From Octopus vulgaris (lineage: Eukaryota): a stretch of 64,000 nt of DNA. The DNA lies in NCBI GenBank assembly GCA_951406725.2, contig OX597842.1:29574001-29638000 (forward strand), in the 5' to 3' direction. The stretch's first letter is position 1, and the number at the start of each line of letters is the position of its first letter. Of this stretch, positions 33,801 to 43,713 are shown piece after piece. Made by a program: the position numbers and the translations under genes. The notes under the pieces were generated by a model, which searched no databases, was not told the origin of the DNA, and was given only the letters and a program-made list of their open reading frames with translations.

Positions 33801-35969
33801 CTTCTACAGTTAGGAAGTGGCACTTCTTCACACAGTTGTCCTCATCCATACGTAACACATGACCATACCAGCGTAGTCATCTCTCTTGCACACCATGTTT
33901 AATGCTTCTCATGTCCAACATGTCCTCAGCAGTCATGGCCCATGTTTCACTGCCATGTAGCATGGAAGTTCGCACTCAGAAATGATTTATCTAAATTAAG
34001 AAAGGACATCATCTACAACATTGCCAGCTTGCTATATGTCTGGGAGTCATACAAGATGTACCAGTCATATACTGGGCAAAAATCAATCCACTAACACCAG
34101 GTCCATTATCATCATCCCCTTACATCCATTTTTCTAAGTTTGTAATGGTCAGACGACTTTTCCCAGAGTCGTTGTGGTCCTTTGTCAGGTTTGATTGCTT
34201 GTTTCCTTCAACTTGATTTCCAGGCATTTCTTTATCCAAATTTCATCCTCCATGTCCCTTCTATATCTATACCATTATCTTTTTTCTTGTACACTATCAC
34301 AGATTTTTCAACACATTAACATTACACATTTAGTGATGTGTGCTCATCTCATTTCCTGCCAGTTTCCATGCATCCTCCACATTCCATGTAACATTGCAAT
34401 TTCTCCTTCATTTGGAAACAGAATCCCTTAGTTGCCAGTAGACCTAACAGCTCCCTGTACATTTTTCATCTCATTTTCCTTCTAACTACTGTGCTTTCAG
34501 AATAGTCTCCTCCACTTCTAATTCTGTCTCTTAGGTCACAGAAACTATCAACTATGACTTTATTACTTGTACCTACTACAAACTTATCCTGTATATCTGC
34601 TACTTACAAAGTCCTTCCCTAACCTTAACCGGCCTTTCCTGTAAACTTGCTTGTTTGTGGATGCAGTAATTCTTTCAGGACCCAAGTGTTGTAGGTGTAT
34701 GGCGTAGATGTTGGTGATTCTTGTCTTATTGCCTACAAACTAAAACTCTTCTCATTGCTAAGGCCTCTCCTGTATTAAATACTTTGAAATTGTGGCCTTG
34801 ATCTAGTGAAAGAAGTTCTTGTTATAAGTCATGAATCCAAAAACCTTAAGCCAGTGCCCTCTATAATATGTGATATTTACCTAACAGTATTTTATTTTTA
34901 CTTTCTGTGGTTGAAATCATTTAGGTTCACAATCCCCATTTTTGAAATATTTTTAAATGTTGATAATTTTGAAATTTCTATTAATCATAGGTGGAAAGAC
35001 ATCACAAATGACTATTTCAGGCATTGATCACAGGGTGTTATCAAACGACTGCGATTGTATTCCTCCAAAGAGTCTCTGGAGTAACGTTACTCAACAAGGT
35101 GTGCAGGCTGGAGATTTGGGGTCTCTCCAGGTCAAGCGACTGCTTCTCTGCATTGAGAATTCACAGCTCCAGTACTCCTGGCATGTGATTAAAATGTCAT
35201 AGAAAAGAACCATAAGAGGGATTCTTCAAGCTGAGCCAACCGACAGGAGACCTAGGGGTAGAGCAAGAATGAGATGGTTGGATGATATCCATAGTTTCAA
35301 TTGGTCATGTTTGGAAATCTTTTCAGAACTTCTAATGAAGGTTGCTTCTGATAGAATTGCATGAAGGAGGTGCCTGAAGACTCTACCCCTAAAACTCTCC
35401 TATGAATAGAGCCCAGAGAAGATGGACAGATGGATAAAATTATCTAACTATTGGTGGTCTTTGTTGATTCTTTAGGCTCTCATACACTTCTTCTGCCAGT
35501 TGTTCACCAGGCATTTTCTCTTGTGTAATTTTCAATTAATTTTTTTTAAATATTCTTCTTCTTCTCCAGCCTTTTTTTCAAATTCTTTGCTATTTTTATC
35601 AACATCTTTAGAAATAGATAACAATGTCTTCTAATTTCCCTGTTTCTTAAGTATCTCTCACTCTTCTATTCACATAATTTCTTAGTCGTAATTAATACAG
35701 GTTTTATATTATCATTAATGCTGTTGCAATTATTTCTTATTTCTTTTGCAGGAAGGGAATTAGGAATTAAACAACATGACCTGGACATCATCAAGCTTGA
35801 CCATTCTCATAGCGTTAGGGAACAAAGTTTCCAGATGCTTCTGACATGGTTTCAAAGTTGTGATCCGGCAAAACGTACACTTCAAATATTAAAAGAAGCT
35901 CTTGAAAGAACTGAATGTTTTATTGCAATTGAATGTTTATCATCAGAATTCAATCGAATTTCTTTGTAA
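12261..35969 (+). CDS. Multi-exon gene encoding ankyrin repeats (with a hypervariable tandem array), C3HC4 RING, 6 mini-exon repeats and a death domain; Mind-bomb-like ANK-RING module; two 1-nt frameshifts as assembled
   Basis: 16 exons joined at GT-AG sites with matching phases: 12261-12344, 13946-14096, 17598-17754, 18621-19590, 22095-22131, 25752-25964, 28031-28206, 29196-29338, six 51-nt exons in 30188-31068, 32145-32216, 35752-35969. Total 2529 nt (842 aa plus stop) if one nt is restored at ~13970 and one at ~19424. Confidence 0.85.
12500..12745 (-). mobile_element. LINE RT fragment
   Basis: VALDIGKTFNCVWQ and INSGIP, decayed LD.SKAFD.VWH and SGVPQG motifs. Confidence 0.7.
13946..14096 (+). 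CDS. Exon 2, ankyrin repeats (VNQIDSDRK/TFLMAACEQGSTSLIAFLIESGANMDMSDKAGLTALHYAVI), with a -1 frameshift
   Basis: TTCAG acceptor and AG|GTAAGG donor; clear ankyrin motifs; reading through needs A5 where A4 is present (13969-13972). Confidence 0.8.
15105..15505 (-). mobile_element. tRNA-derived SINE family A, full length; other copies at 10217-10309(+), 25085-25391(-), 48472-48830(+), 51267-51400(+), 51643-52002(+), 54797-55203(-)
   Basis: Shared head GGCGCAGGAGTGGCTGTGTGGTAAG...GGTTCAGTCCC (A/B-box-like), internal (TA)/(TG) tract and tail CCAGCATGGCCGCAGTCAAATGACTGAAACAAGTAAAAGAG. Confidence 0.85.
15835..16010. repeat. AT-rich inverted repeat, ~58-bp arms
   Basis: ATTAAATTAGAGACAAAACCACTATT...AAGACTTA versus TAAGTCTT...AATAGTGGATTTGTCTCTAATTTAAT. 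Confidence 0.75.
16734..17437. mobile_element. TA-flanked MITE with long imperfect TIRs
   Basis: GGCATACTTACACAA...CGACGAATTTGTTTCC versus GGAAACAAATTCGTCG...TTGTGTAGTTATGTC. Confidence 0.75.
17598..17754 (+). CDS. Exon 3, ankyrin repeat (RKIDAVASLVSRGANVNKQDSWGNTPLHWAVWNNYEDVVKVLL)
   Basis: TTTCAG acceptor, CAG|GTTAG donor, canonical GANVN..D..G.TPLH motif; phase 2 in, phase 0 out. Confidence 0.9.
18621..19590 (+). CDS. Exon 4, tandem array of ~9.5 34-aa ankyrin repeats
   Basis: TTTTAG acceptor, AA|GTAAGT donor; ORF 18723-19439; ten TPLH motifs at 102-bp spacing; -1 frameshift at 19423-19425. Confidence 0.95.
18633..19590 (+). repeat. Coding tandem repeat, 102-bp unit
   Basis: Units start at 18633, 18735, 18837, 18939, 19041, 19143, 19245, 19347, 19448 and 19550 (partial); units 2-4 identical. 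Confidence 0.95.
20372..20919 (+). mobile_element. Internally deleted mariner element
   Basis: TACGAGGGGGTACCCAAAA left end and CACCTCATA right end; N-terminal MKFCFLLEKTAAKTVVMLQTVYED and C-terminal CIASNGDYFDGD transposase remnants. Confidence 0.8.
21155..21550 (+). mobile_element. Non-autonomous Helitron
   Basis: A|TCTTTATATATAAAAG 5' end; CCCGAGCAATGCCGGG hairpin then CTAG|T 3' end. Confidence 0.8.
22095..22131 (+). CDS. Exon 5, 37 nt (KQHYGVVSLMLAQ), completes the last ankyrin repeat of the array
   Basis: TTTCAG acceptor, CAG|GTTAGT donor; bridges phase 2 of exon 4 to phase 0 of exon 6. Confidence 0.75.
22444..22700 (+). mobile_element. tRNA-derived SINE-like element with a degenerate hammerhead-like 3' part
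   Basis: A box TGGCATAGTGG at 22451, degenerate B box near 22494, (AAT)n, then ACAC-CTGACAAA-GGCTG..CAGCC-GAAACATT-GTGT. Confidence 0.55.
23440..24170 (-). mobile_element. RTE-clade LINE AP-endonuclease fragments (- strand 23620-24170; inverted + strand piece 23440-23600)
   Basis: LRVSTLNVGTLKGRSGEIVNMLEKRRVDLCCIQ; FVAGDFNG motif on both strands. Confidence 0.8.
24265..24702. repeat. AT-rich inverted repeat (~80-90 bp arms) enclosing a hammerhead motif
   Basis: ATTTTTCACAAAGATATACCCAT versus ATGGGTATATCTTTGTGAAAAAT and flanking complementary AT-rich sequence. Confidence 0.8.
24422..24511 (+). ncRNA. Minimal type I hammerhead ribozyme motif, intronic and sense to the gene
   Basis: ATCT-CTGAAGA(24426)-G..AAGGGTTG/CAACCCTT..C-GAAAT-GATC-GTA-AGAT. 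Confidence 0.65.
25752..25964 (+). CDS. Exon 6, ankyrin repeats (ITPLMEAVSRAHLGIIHKLIIHGANINAVDNDGNNCLHL)
   Basis: Within ORF 25695-25976; AAG acceptor, GAG|GTAAGT donor; 213 nt. Confidence 0.9.
28031..28206 (+). CDS. Exon 7, terminal ankyrin resembling Mind bomb (LSYLASQGASLYHHNNKKVTPLDYI)
   Basis: TTGCAG acceptor, CT|GTAAGT donor; resembles the MIB-type last ankyrin motif FLA..GA.L...N..G..PLD (from recall). Confidence 0.85.
29196..29338 (+). CDS. Exon 8, C3HC4 RING finger (CWFC...PCQH...CQNC...CPICR), MIB/IAP type
   Basis: All 8 zinc ligands present; CACAG acceptor, G|GTAAG donor. Confidence 0.92.
29620..29860 (+). mobile_element. Mariner 5' fragment
   Basis: CAAGGTGGTATCAGAAAGTTC TIR-like start; decayed EQ..NVKFCVKL. 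Confidence 0.5.
30178..31163 (+). repeat. 166-bp tandem repeat, 6 units (exon plus intron)
   Basis: Exon starts spaced exactly 166 bp apart; units 3-6 near-identical. Confidence 0.95.
30188..31068 (+). CDS. Six symmetric (phase 1-1) 51-nt mini-exons: 30188-30238, 30354-30404, 30520-30570, 30686-30736, 30852-30902, 31018-31068
   Basis: Each has an ATTTCAG acceptor and a G|GTAAGT or G|GTGAGT donor; encode VCPKFEEKAVQAVVESV, VCPKSEEKAVQAVVESV and 4x VCPKSEEKAVQTVAESF; 115-nt introns. Confidence 0.75.
32145..32216 (+). CDS. Death-domain exon A (DSVMVEEKHLHWVSRSLAGKWQELG)
   Basis: ATTTCAG acceptor, G|GTGAGT donor, phase 1-1; L..V...L...W..L death-domain helix 1-2 pattern. Confidence 0.8.
33185..33980 (-). 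mobile_element. RTE LINE 3' end fragment; shorter copies at 1981-2230, 14690-14890, 26000-26140 and 28880-28980
   Basis: Decayed HGSETWA and LRWYGHV.RMDE on - strand; shared tail CCAACCCATGCCAGCATGGAAA plus (GAT)n. Confidence 0.75.
35752..35969 (+). CDS. Terminal exon, rest of the death domain (RELGIKQHDLDIIKLDHSHSVREQSFQMLLTWFQ...LKEALER...*)
   Basis: TTGCAG acceptor; LG.....I..I.......EQ..QML..W death-domain signature; TAA ending at 35969. Confidence 0.9.
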
Positions 35970-36216
35970 ATTGTTGCTGTTGCTTAGTCCCACATCTATC
36001 TTCACCACAGATCTATTATCAAATGCCTCTCCATCCAGGACCATCCTGTCTTTTCCCTAAGTATAGAGAACAGAACCACATAGTTAAATGTGTCCTTCTT
36101 TAAGGCAACAGGTTTTGAATGGAGTAGGATTTGGTTACTAATTCTAGCAGATCTATCTACCACCTGTAGACCCCTTTCCTGGTTTGGCTCCCTCGTTGTT
36201 CGAGATTAACTGTGGA

Positions 36217-36222
36217 AATAAA
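36217..36222 (+). terminator. Candidate polyadenylation signal
   Basis: AATAAA about 250 nt after the stop, followed by a GT-rich tract (GTTGTTGTT). Confidence 0.5.
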
Positions 36223-36399
36223 GACAAACTTTGAAATTTCATTTGTTGTTGTTGTTGTTGTTGTAAGTCCCAGCATCTCCCTAAACACTTCCATTGTTAT
36301 ATAGTTTAAATATCCTGTGGAATTTTTCAAAAAATGGAAGTTGTAAATTCCATTTTGTGAAACTTACTTAAAATGCACATTTTGTTTTCAAGTAGAACC

Positions 36400-38420
36400 T
36401 CCTTGTGGACACAATTGTCAGTCAATATACAGTTTCTATTTGTCTCGGCCAATATTTTTACATTAGCCTTCATCCAAAATCTAGAAAAGGAAACTTACAG
36501 CTGGCCACGAAAAGCACCCAAAATCTCTCACTTCTGAACTTCTTCAAAGCAGCCTGGAAATTGATCCAAAAAGAGATCCTCAGACGGTACTGGCCAAAAT
36601 GTCTCTTCACACCAGACATTGGCATGAAACTAGAATATCTCATGTCTGTTATGCAAGCCATATGTCAGAAATATGTCCCAGAGCACAAGGCTAACACAAA
36701 AAAGAAGGAGATTCCAAGGGAGAGGAAGATCCTCATGAGAGACGGACAAAGGTTGCAAATCGTTTCAACCAACGTTCCAAAAGTAGCGAAAGGTCCCGCC
36801 TAAAAACAACATTGATGGAGATTGGAAAAAGCCTTGAAAATTATTGCCCAACCAGTTAGGAGAAGATATAGGTTAGACAAAATGCAGCTCGGTTTTACCC
36901 TGGGGAGAAGTACGGCTGAGGCTATTTCTATAGTCAGGCAACTTCAAGAGAAATACTTAGCCAAGAATATACCATTACTCAGAAAGGATGAAAGGCAAAG
37001 TCGACCTTGGCGGAATTTGAACTCAGAACGTCAAGACATCCGAAATGAACTATAGAAAGCCTTCGATAAAGCACATCTACTGTGCGCTGTCAGTAAGTTG
37101 AGAATTAACCACGAGAAAAGCAAAGAATTTGGTGTTCATCTAGGCTCAATCCTTAGTCCCCTACTTTTCATTATTGTCCTCCAGGCAATAACAGAGGAAT
37201 TCAAAACTGTCGGCCTTTGGGAAGTACTTTATACTATCTTGCCCTCATAGCAGATTCTATATCAGCGCTAGAAAAGAAATTCCGAGTATGGAAGCACAGC
37301 CTGGAATCTAAGGGCCTTAAGGTTAACTAAGCAAGAAAACAGACAAGACACTACCCACTTCAGGTATGTGGCCCTGCCCGATTTGCAGGAAAGGTGTAGG
37401 CAGGAATTCCATATGGTATAGTGTGTGTAAGCTATGGACATACAAGGGGTACAGTGGAATGATAGGAAGGTTATCAGAGAAAGTAGTGTTCATATGTAGA
37501 AAATGCATACGAACCGTAAAAATTATAGATATTCATGAGATTGATTTTTTTAGATGTCCTTGAGGTTCTTGAAAGGTAGTGGATAATTCCTGCTAACTAG
37601 GGGATCAAATTAGTAGTGGGGGAGAATATACTACAAGTACAATAGCTAGAATAAGAATAGGATAGAGAAAATTTAGAGAGTTTTTAGCTCCGTTGGCAAC
37701 GAAATATTTCTCTGATCTAGTGAAAAGAAGCGAATGTGATGCATGCATACGAACCGCAATTGTACACGGTAGCGAGACGTGGGGCCTGGAAGCAGAGGAC
37801 ATGCGATGGCTACAGAGGAATGAGGGTAGTATACTCCTCTGAATGTGTAATGTAAGTGTACATACACGACAGATTGTTAATCTGCTGAAGGCGAAGTTAG
37901 GTATAAGAGGGATTAGATGCAGTGTGCAAGAGAGAAGACTGCCTGAGTTTGGTCATGAGATGCAGATGGATACCGACAGCTTCATAAAGAAGTAACGTTC
38001 CCTCAAAGTGGATAAAACTCGTGGAAGTAGGAGACCCTGGAGTACTGAAAGACACCCTCAGGAAGCAAAACTTTTCAGACAAGATGACAAAGGATTGAGA
38101 TAACCTGGGGCCTTCTTGCACTCAAGACCTGCCCTCCACAACAGAAGTGTTAAAGCCGCAGCCCCTGGTGCAAAGGAATGATCTCCAAGAGTCCTCTGCT
38201 GGTGCCACGTAAAAATAACCCATACCAGTGCCACGAAAAGGTGATTGCGCCAGTGGCACATTAAAACCACGCCACAAACACTGTAGAAAGCGTATCCAGC
38301 TGTAGAACCCAAACCTCGTGCTGTTCTCCAGCTTGACAGCTGAGGTGAAAACGTCCAACCCATGCCAGCATGGAAAACGAATGTTAAAGGATGCTGACGC
38401 TGATGCGGATGATGTTGATG
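36400..38420 (+). mobile_element. CR1-like fragment (36400-36810) followed by decayed RTE LINE RT and 3' UTR (36820-38420)
   Basis: MQLGFTLGRSTAEAISIVRQLQEKY, WPCPICRKGVGRNSI, HGSETWG; 3' tail CCAACCCATGCCAGCATGGAAAACGAATGTTAAA. Confidence 0.8.
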
Positions 38421-38825
38421 AAAGACAATGTAGTAAAACAGAAAAAGGATTAAAACCATCCATCAAAACTTCAAATTAATTTGTTCTAAACGCCAGCTTA
38501 ATAATAAATTTAATGATAATAATAATAATATTAATGATAATAATAATAATAATGGTAATAATAATAATGATAATAATAATAATAATGATAATAATAATAA
38601 TAATAATAATGATGATGATGATGATGATGATAATAATGATAATGATAATAATTACTACCCATGTATTTTGATTTAACTTGAAAAAAAAAATGAACGAACT
38701 ATTGAGTTTAGTTTAATGGCCTACCAATGTATACTATGAGTTTCTTTGCCCTAGGAGACGGGAAGACACCCGGTAAGAAATGGAAGCAAATTTGAAAGAA
38801 AAAAAAAAAAATAATAATAATAACG

Positions 38826-38868
<43 letters not shown>

Positions 38869-38976
38869 GCTTAATAATAAACTTGAAATTAATTTGTTCT
38901 AAACGCCAGCTTAATAGTAAATTTAATAACAATAATAATAATAATAATAGTAGTAGTAGTAGTAGTAGTAGTAGTA

Positions 38977-41600
38977 AGGTCTGTACCATCAAAAGAAGAA
39001 GTGCAGGGATTTTGGAATAAAATTTGGGCAGAAGAAAAACCACACAACGAAAGGGGCCCCTGGATTGACAGAATATCTACAGAACTGGACCCCTTAGAAG
39101 AGCAAAAGTGGGAGGGTGTCAAGGTAGAAGATATAAGTTCTGCTCTCAGGAGGTCAAGCAAATGGAAGTCTCCAGGAAAGGATAAAATTCCTAACTTCTG
39201 GTTGAATGTCTTCCCAGAGAGCCATGAACTGCTAACAGAACTTTACAATGATGTTTTGCAACACCCTAGTAGGATGCCTCCTTTTTTTCATTCCAAAAAG
39301 TGAAGAAACAAATGAACCAAAAACCTATAGACCCATAACCTGCTTAACAACTATGTATAAAACGCTAACATCTGTCCTGACGGAATATACTTATAGTTTT
39401 TTAACAGACAGCAGCATATTCCCTAATGAACAGAAAGGATGTAAACGTGGATCCTACAGCTGTAAAGATCAACTACTCATCAATAAGATGATCTTAGAAG
39501 ATTGTCACAAACGACACAAAAACTTATCAATAGCCTGGATAGGCTATAAAAAGGCTTTTGATAGCCTACCACATAGCTGGATTAGGAAATGCCTGGAAAT
39601 GTATAAGATAGCACCTACTCTGCGAAACTTTTTGACTGTAAGTATGAGATCATGGAGAACCACACTAACTCTGGACAGTGACAATGAATCCCTAAATGCC
39701 TGTGATGTAAAAATTTCATGTGGCATTTTCCAGGGTGACTCACTGTCACCACTCCTCTTTTGTTTAGCCTTAATACTTCTCTCAAAACTGCTCAATGACG
39801 CGCAGTACGGGTATAAAATGTTTGATAAAAATATAAATCATTTCATTTACATGGATGATTTAAAGCTTTTTGCAAAAAATGACCAACAACTCAAGGGCAT
39901 ACTAGCGATAGTCAAACAATTCAGTGACGACATCAGAATGCAATTCGGCCTCGATAAATGTGCAAAAGCTATCTTTATCGAAGGAAAAATGACAGAAACA
40001 TCTAACGTTAACCTTGACCAGCAGAATGTCATAAAAGAACTAGACACAGCGGAGAGCTACAAGTACCTAGGGGTAATTGAAAGGAACGGAATAAGGCATT
40101 CAGAGATGAAGGAAAGGATCAGGAGAGAATGTTATCGAAGAGTGAGAGCAATACTCAAGACAGAGCTGAATGCAAGAAACAGGATCGAAGTGATCAATGC
40201 ATTAGCCATACCAGTCGTGACTTACAGTTTCAATATCGTTAACTGGTCAATTACTGAAATATGTCAGCTCGACAGAAAAATACGAATACTGTTGGCAATG
40301 CATAAAATGCACCACCCTAAGGCAGATACAGAACGACTTTATCTGCCTAGAAAAGAGGGAGGCCGTGGTCTTTTACAACTGGTAATAACAATGAAGATTG
40401 CTACAATTGGCCTAGACACCTACCTGAAAATGTCTGAGGACTGGATGTTAAAACTTGTCTCAAAACATGAAAACAAGAAAGCATCATACTCAGTAACAAA
40501 ACAGGCAAAGGAATATCTAAGTGAATTCCGAATACAACAAATTTTGGAATTAGAGATAGACATACAAGAAACAAGCACAGAAAAAGCTAGGCGCATGAAA
40601 ACCCGTGCCAAAACTGCGGCCTTAGATATTCTGAATAATAAATGGCAAGAAAAACCTCTCTATGGCAAACACCCAAAGAGAGCGAATAATGCAGATATTG
40701 ACAAACCCCTGACCCATTAATGGCTAATGGCCTCTGGCTTAAAATCTGAAACAGAAGGGTTTATCATAGCAGCTCAAGATCAATGCCTACCAACAAGAAA
40801 CTACCAGGCCAACATATTAAAGAACGGCAGTAGCCCAACATGTCGTGTATGCCGATAACAAAATGAAACCATTGATCATGTTGTCTCCAAATACAGTCTT
40901 CTAGCGCCTACAGAGTACCTCAACAGGCATGATAGAGCTGCACAATATATTCACTGGGTAATTTGCAAAAACCTGGATTTGCCCCATGAAAAAAACTGGT
41001 GGGAACACAATCCACCTCCAGTGCTTGAAAATGATCACATCTCACTCCTCTGGAACTTCACCATTCAAACTGACAGAAATATAGATGCAAATAGGCCAGA
41101 CATCCTATTGAAAGACTTCAGACAAAGAACATGCCTCCTCATTGATATGACTGTCCCAAACGATATAAACGTATCTGTCAAGACCTACCAAAATCTGAGC
41201 AAATATAAAGATCTTGAAATAGAAATCAGCAAAATGTGGAACCTGAAGACTAAAACAATTACCTGTTGTCATAGGTGCCCTGGGAATGATAGCGAAAGGG
41301 GCTGACTGCTTCCTAACTAAGATACCAGGAAACCCCAAAATGGCAGAAATTCAAAAGATAGTGCTCATGGGAACTGCTCATATCCTACGCAAAATACTCT
41401 CTATGTAATCCCAAGGTTTAAAACAAACTTTTTAAAAAATTTATGTATTAGACATTCACTAGTACAACACCAAAAAAAAACAACCAAATATATGGCACAC
41501 TAGGCATAACAACAACGTGAACTTCCAACCTGTTGTCTCTTGAGGTCTCTGGGTGAGACTTGGAGCCAACTCGTACAAACATAAAGCAAAAGTCAAACAT
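38977..41600 (+). mobile_element. 5'-truncated R4/Dong-like non-LTR retrotransposon (RT, zinc knuckle, restriction-like endonuclease)
   Basis: 490-aa ORF with YRPITCL, GIFQGDSLSP and YMDD; CRVC..ETIDHVV, RHD and RPDI motifs; few stops and frameshifts; flanked by (TAA)n on both sides. Confidence 0.9.
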
Positions 41601-41622
41601 ATAACAATAATAATAATAATAA

Positions 41623-41656
<34 letters not shown>

Positions 41657-41688
41657 GTAATAATAATAATAATAAAAACTACTGAATG

Positions 41689-41748
<60 letters not shown>

Positions 41749-41780
41749 GTAATAATAATAATAATAAAAACTACTGAATG

Positions 41781-41836
<56 letters not shown>
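41601..41836. repeat. (AAT)n microsatellite at the 3' flank of the Dong-like element
   Basis: Direct inspection; matching (AAT)n tracts at 38500-38950. Confidence 0.95.
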
Positions 41837-41838
<2 letters not shown>

Positions 41839-42347
41839 CGGTCGTTAATTATACAATAACCCAGTATATTTATATAGTTGTATGGATGTGAGGGTGAATG
41901 TGAGAACGGGAGGGAGAAAGAGAGAAAGAGAGTGAGTGTGTGTGTGTGTGTGTGCGGCCCGGTGTGTTTGTGCGTGTGTGTCTGTGAGTTAATTAATGTG
42001 TCTACCTCGCAGACACGCCGTACAAAATACTTAGCAGCATTTTTTGTCCGTCTATACGTTCTGAGTTCAAATTCCGCCGAGGTCGACTTCGCCTTTTATC
42101 CTTTCGGGGTCGATAAAATAAGTACCAGTTGAGAACTCCGGGGGTCGATGTAATCGACCTGCACCCTCCTCTAAAATTCCTGGTCTTGTGCCAAAATTTG
42201 AAATCAATATAGTGATTTCGTTAAACGCATTGATTACATTACAGGAGTACAATAGCCATCTTGGGCTTTTTATTCCCACATTAAAAGTTTTCAACCCAAC
42301 ATTTGTTTCTGCTAGTGTATATTGCTTATTGTTTTTATGTCAAGCTA

Positions 42348-43186
42348 TACACACACACATGCATACATACATACATACATACATACATACATACACATGC
42401 ATACATACATACATACATACATACATACATACATACATACATACATACATACATACACATACACACACACACATACATACATACATACATACATACATAC
42501 ACACATACATACATACATACATACATACATACATACATACATACATGCACGCACACATACATACATACATACATACATACATACATACATACATACATAC
42601 ATACATACATACATACATACATACATACATACATACATACATAAATACATACGTACATACATACATACATACATACATACATACATACATACATACAAAC
42701 ATACATACATACATACATAAATACATACGTACATACATACCCTGTTGTTGATGTTGAAATTTCAGTGAAGGAGCCTTGCATCTAGGTTAGAAACCGGTTC
42801 TTTCTTTATTGGCAAGAAACCGTGAAATAAACTGAATAATGACATACACACATATATAATACATACATACATTTTTACATACACACATACATACATACAT
42901 ACATACATACATACATACATACATACATACATACATACATACATACATACATACATACATGCGTACATACATACATGCGTACATACATACATACATACAT
43001 ACATAATGAAATAAAAGGATTTCCTCAGTACTTTTTAGTAGAGTACATGTTTATGAAATTTTGTAAAGAAAAAGGTAGACAGTGACTTCGACGTTTCGGA
43101 TGATAGTTTGATGACTGCGAGCAGGCCGAACCTTTTGAAGTTACTTTGTGTTTTTTCCTTGAAGTACACACACACCCACACACACA

Positions 43187-43265
<79 letters not shown>
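42348..43265. repeat. (CATA)n and (CA)n microsatellite cluster
   Basis: Direct inspection. Confidence 0.95.
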
Positions 43266-43270
<5 letters not shown>

Positions 43271-43713
43271 GATACTGTGCAAGCGCAGTACGAGCTACTA
43301 CGTTAAAATTTTTGGTTCGCAACCACGAGGTCCCGGTTTCTATCCAACTGCATGGCATCTTTGATACATATAATTTTCTATGTAGACTGGCATTGGCCTA
43401 TACCTTGTGAAGGAAATTTAATGGGACAGGAACGGTAGAATGAGTGGACAAATGAAAGAAAAAAGGCACTCAACATATTTTGTAGGAGTTACTTGTATTA
43501 TTAATTAAAGCAGTCTGTTTCGGCTCCATGCAACATTGAGTTTCCTAGGATTCTTACAGAAACCTAGCTCGTTCAGACGAAGATTACAGAAATTGTTAAC
43601 CTGAACTAGAACCAGCTAGGATTCTGTAAAAATTTTACGAAACTTTAAGTCGCATAAAATCGAATCAAACAGTTTTTAAAATAATAATAATGATAACAAC
43701 AACAACAACAACA

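Noticed and set aside
12261-35969. Calling the gene MIB1/MIB2 or ankyrin (ANK1-3)
   Set aside because: No MIB/HERC2, ZZ or ZU5 domains seen; a single RING plus death domain fits neither, so no gene symbol is assigned
43570-43660. Hammerhead-like CAGACGA...CGAAACTTTAAGTC
   Set aside because: Core mismatch (CAGA rather than CUGA) and stems do not close convincingly
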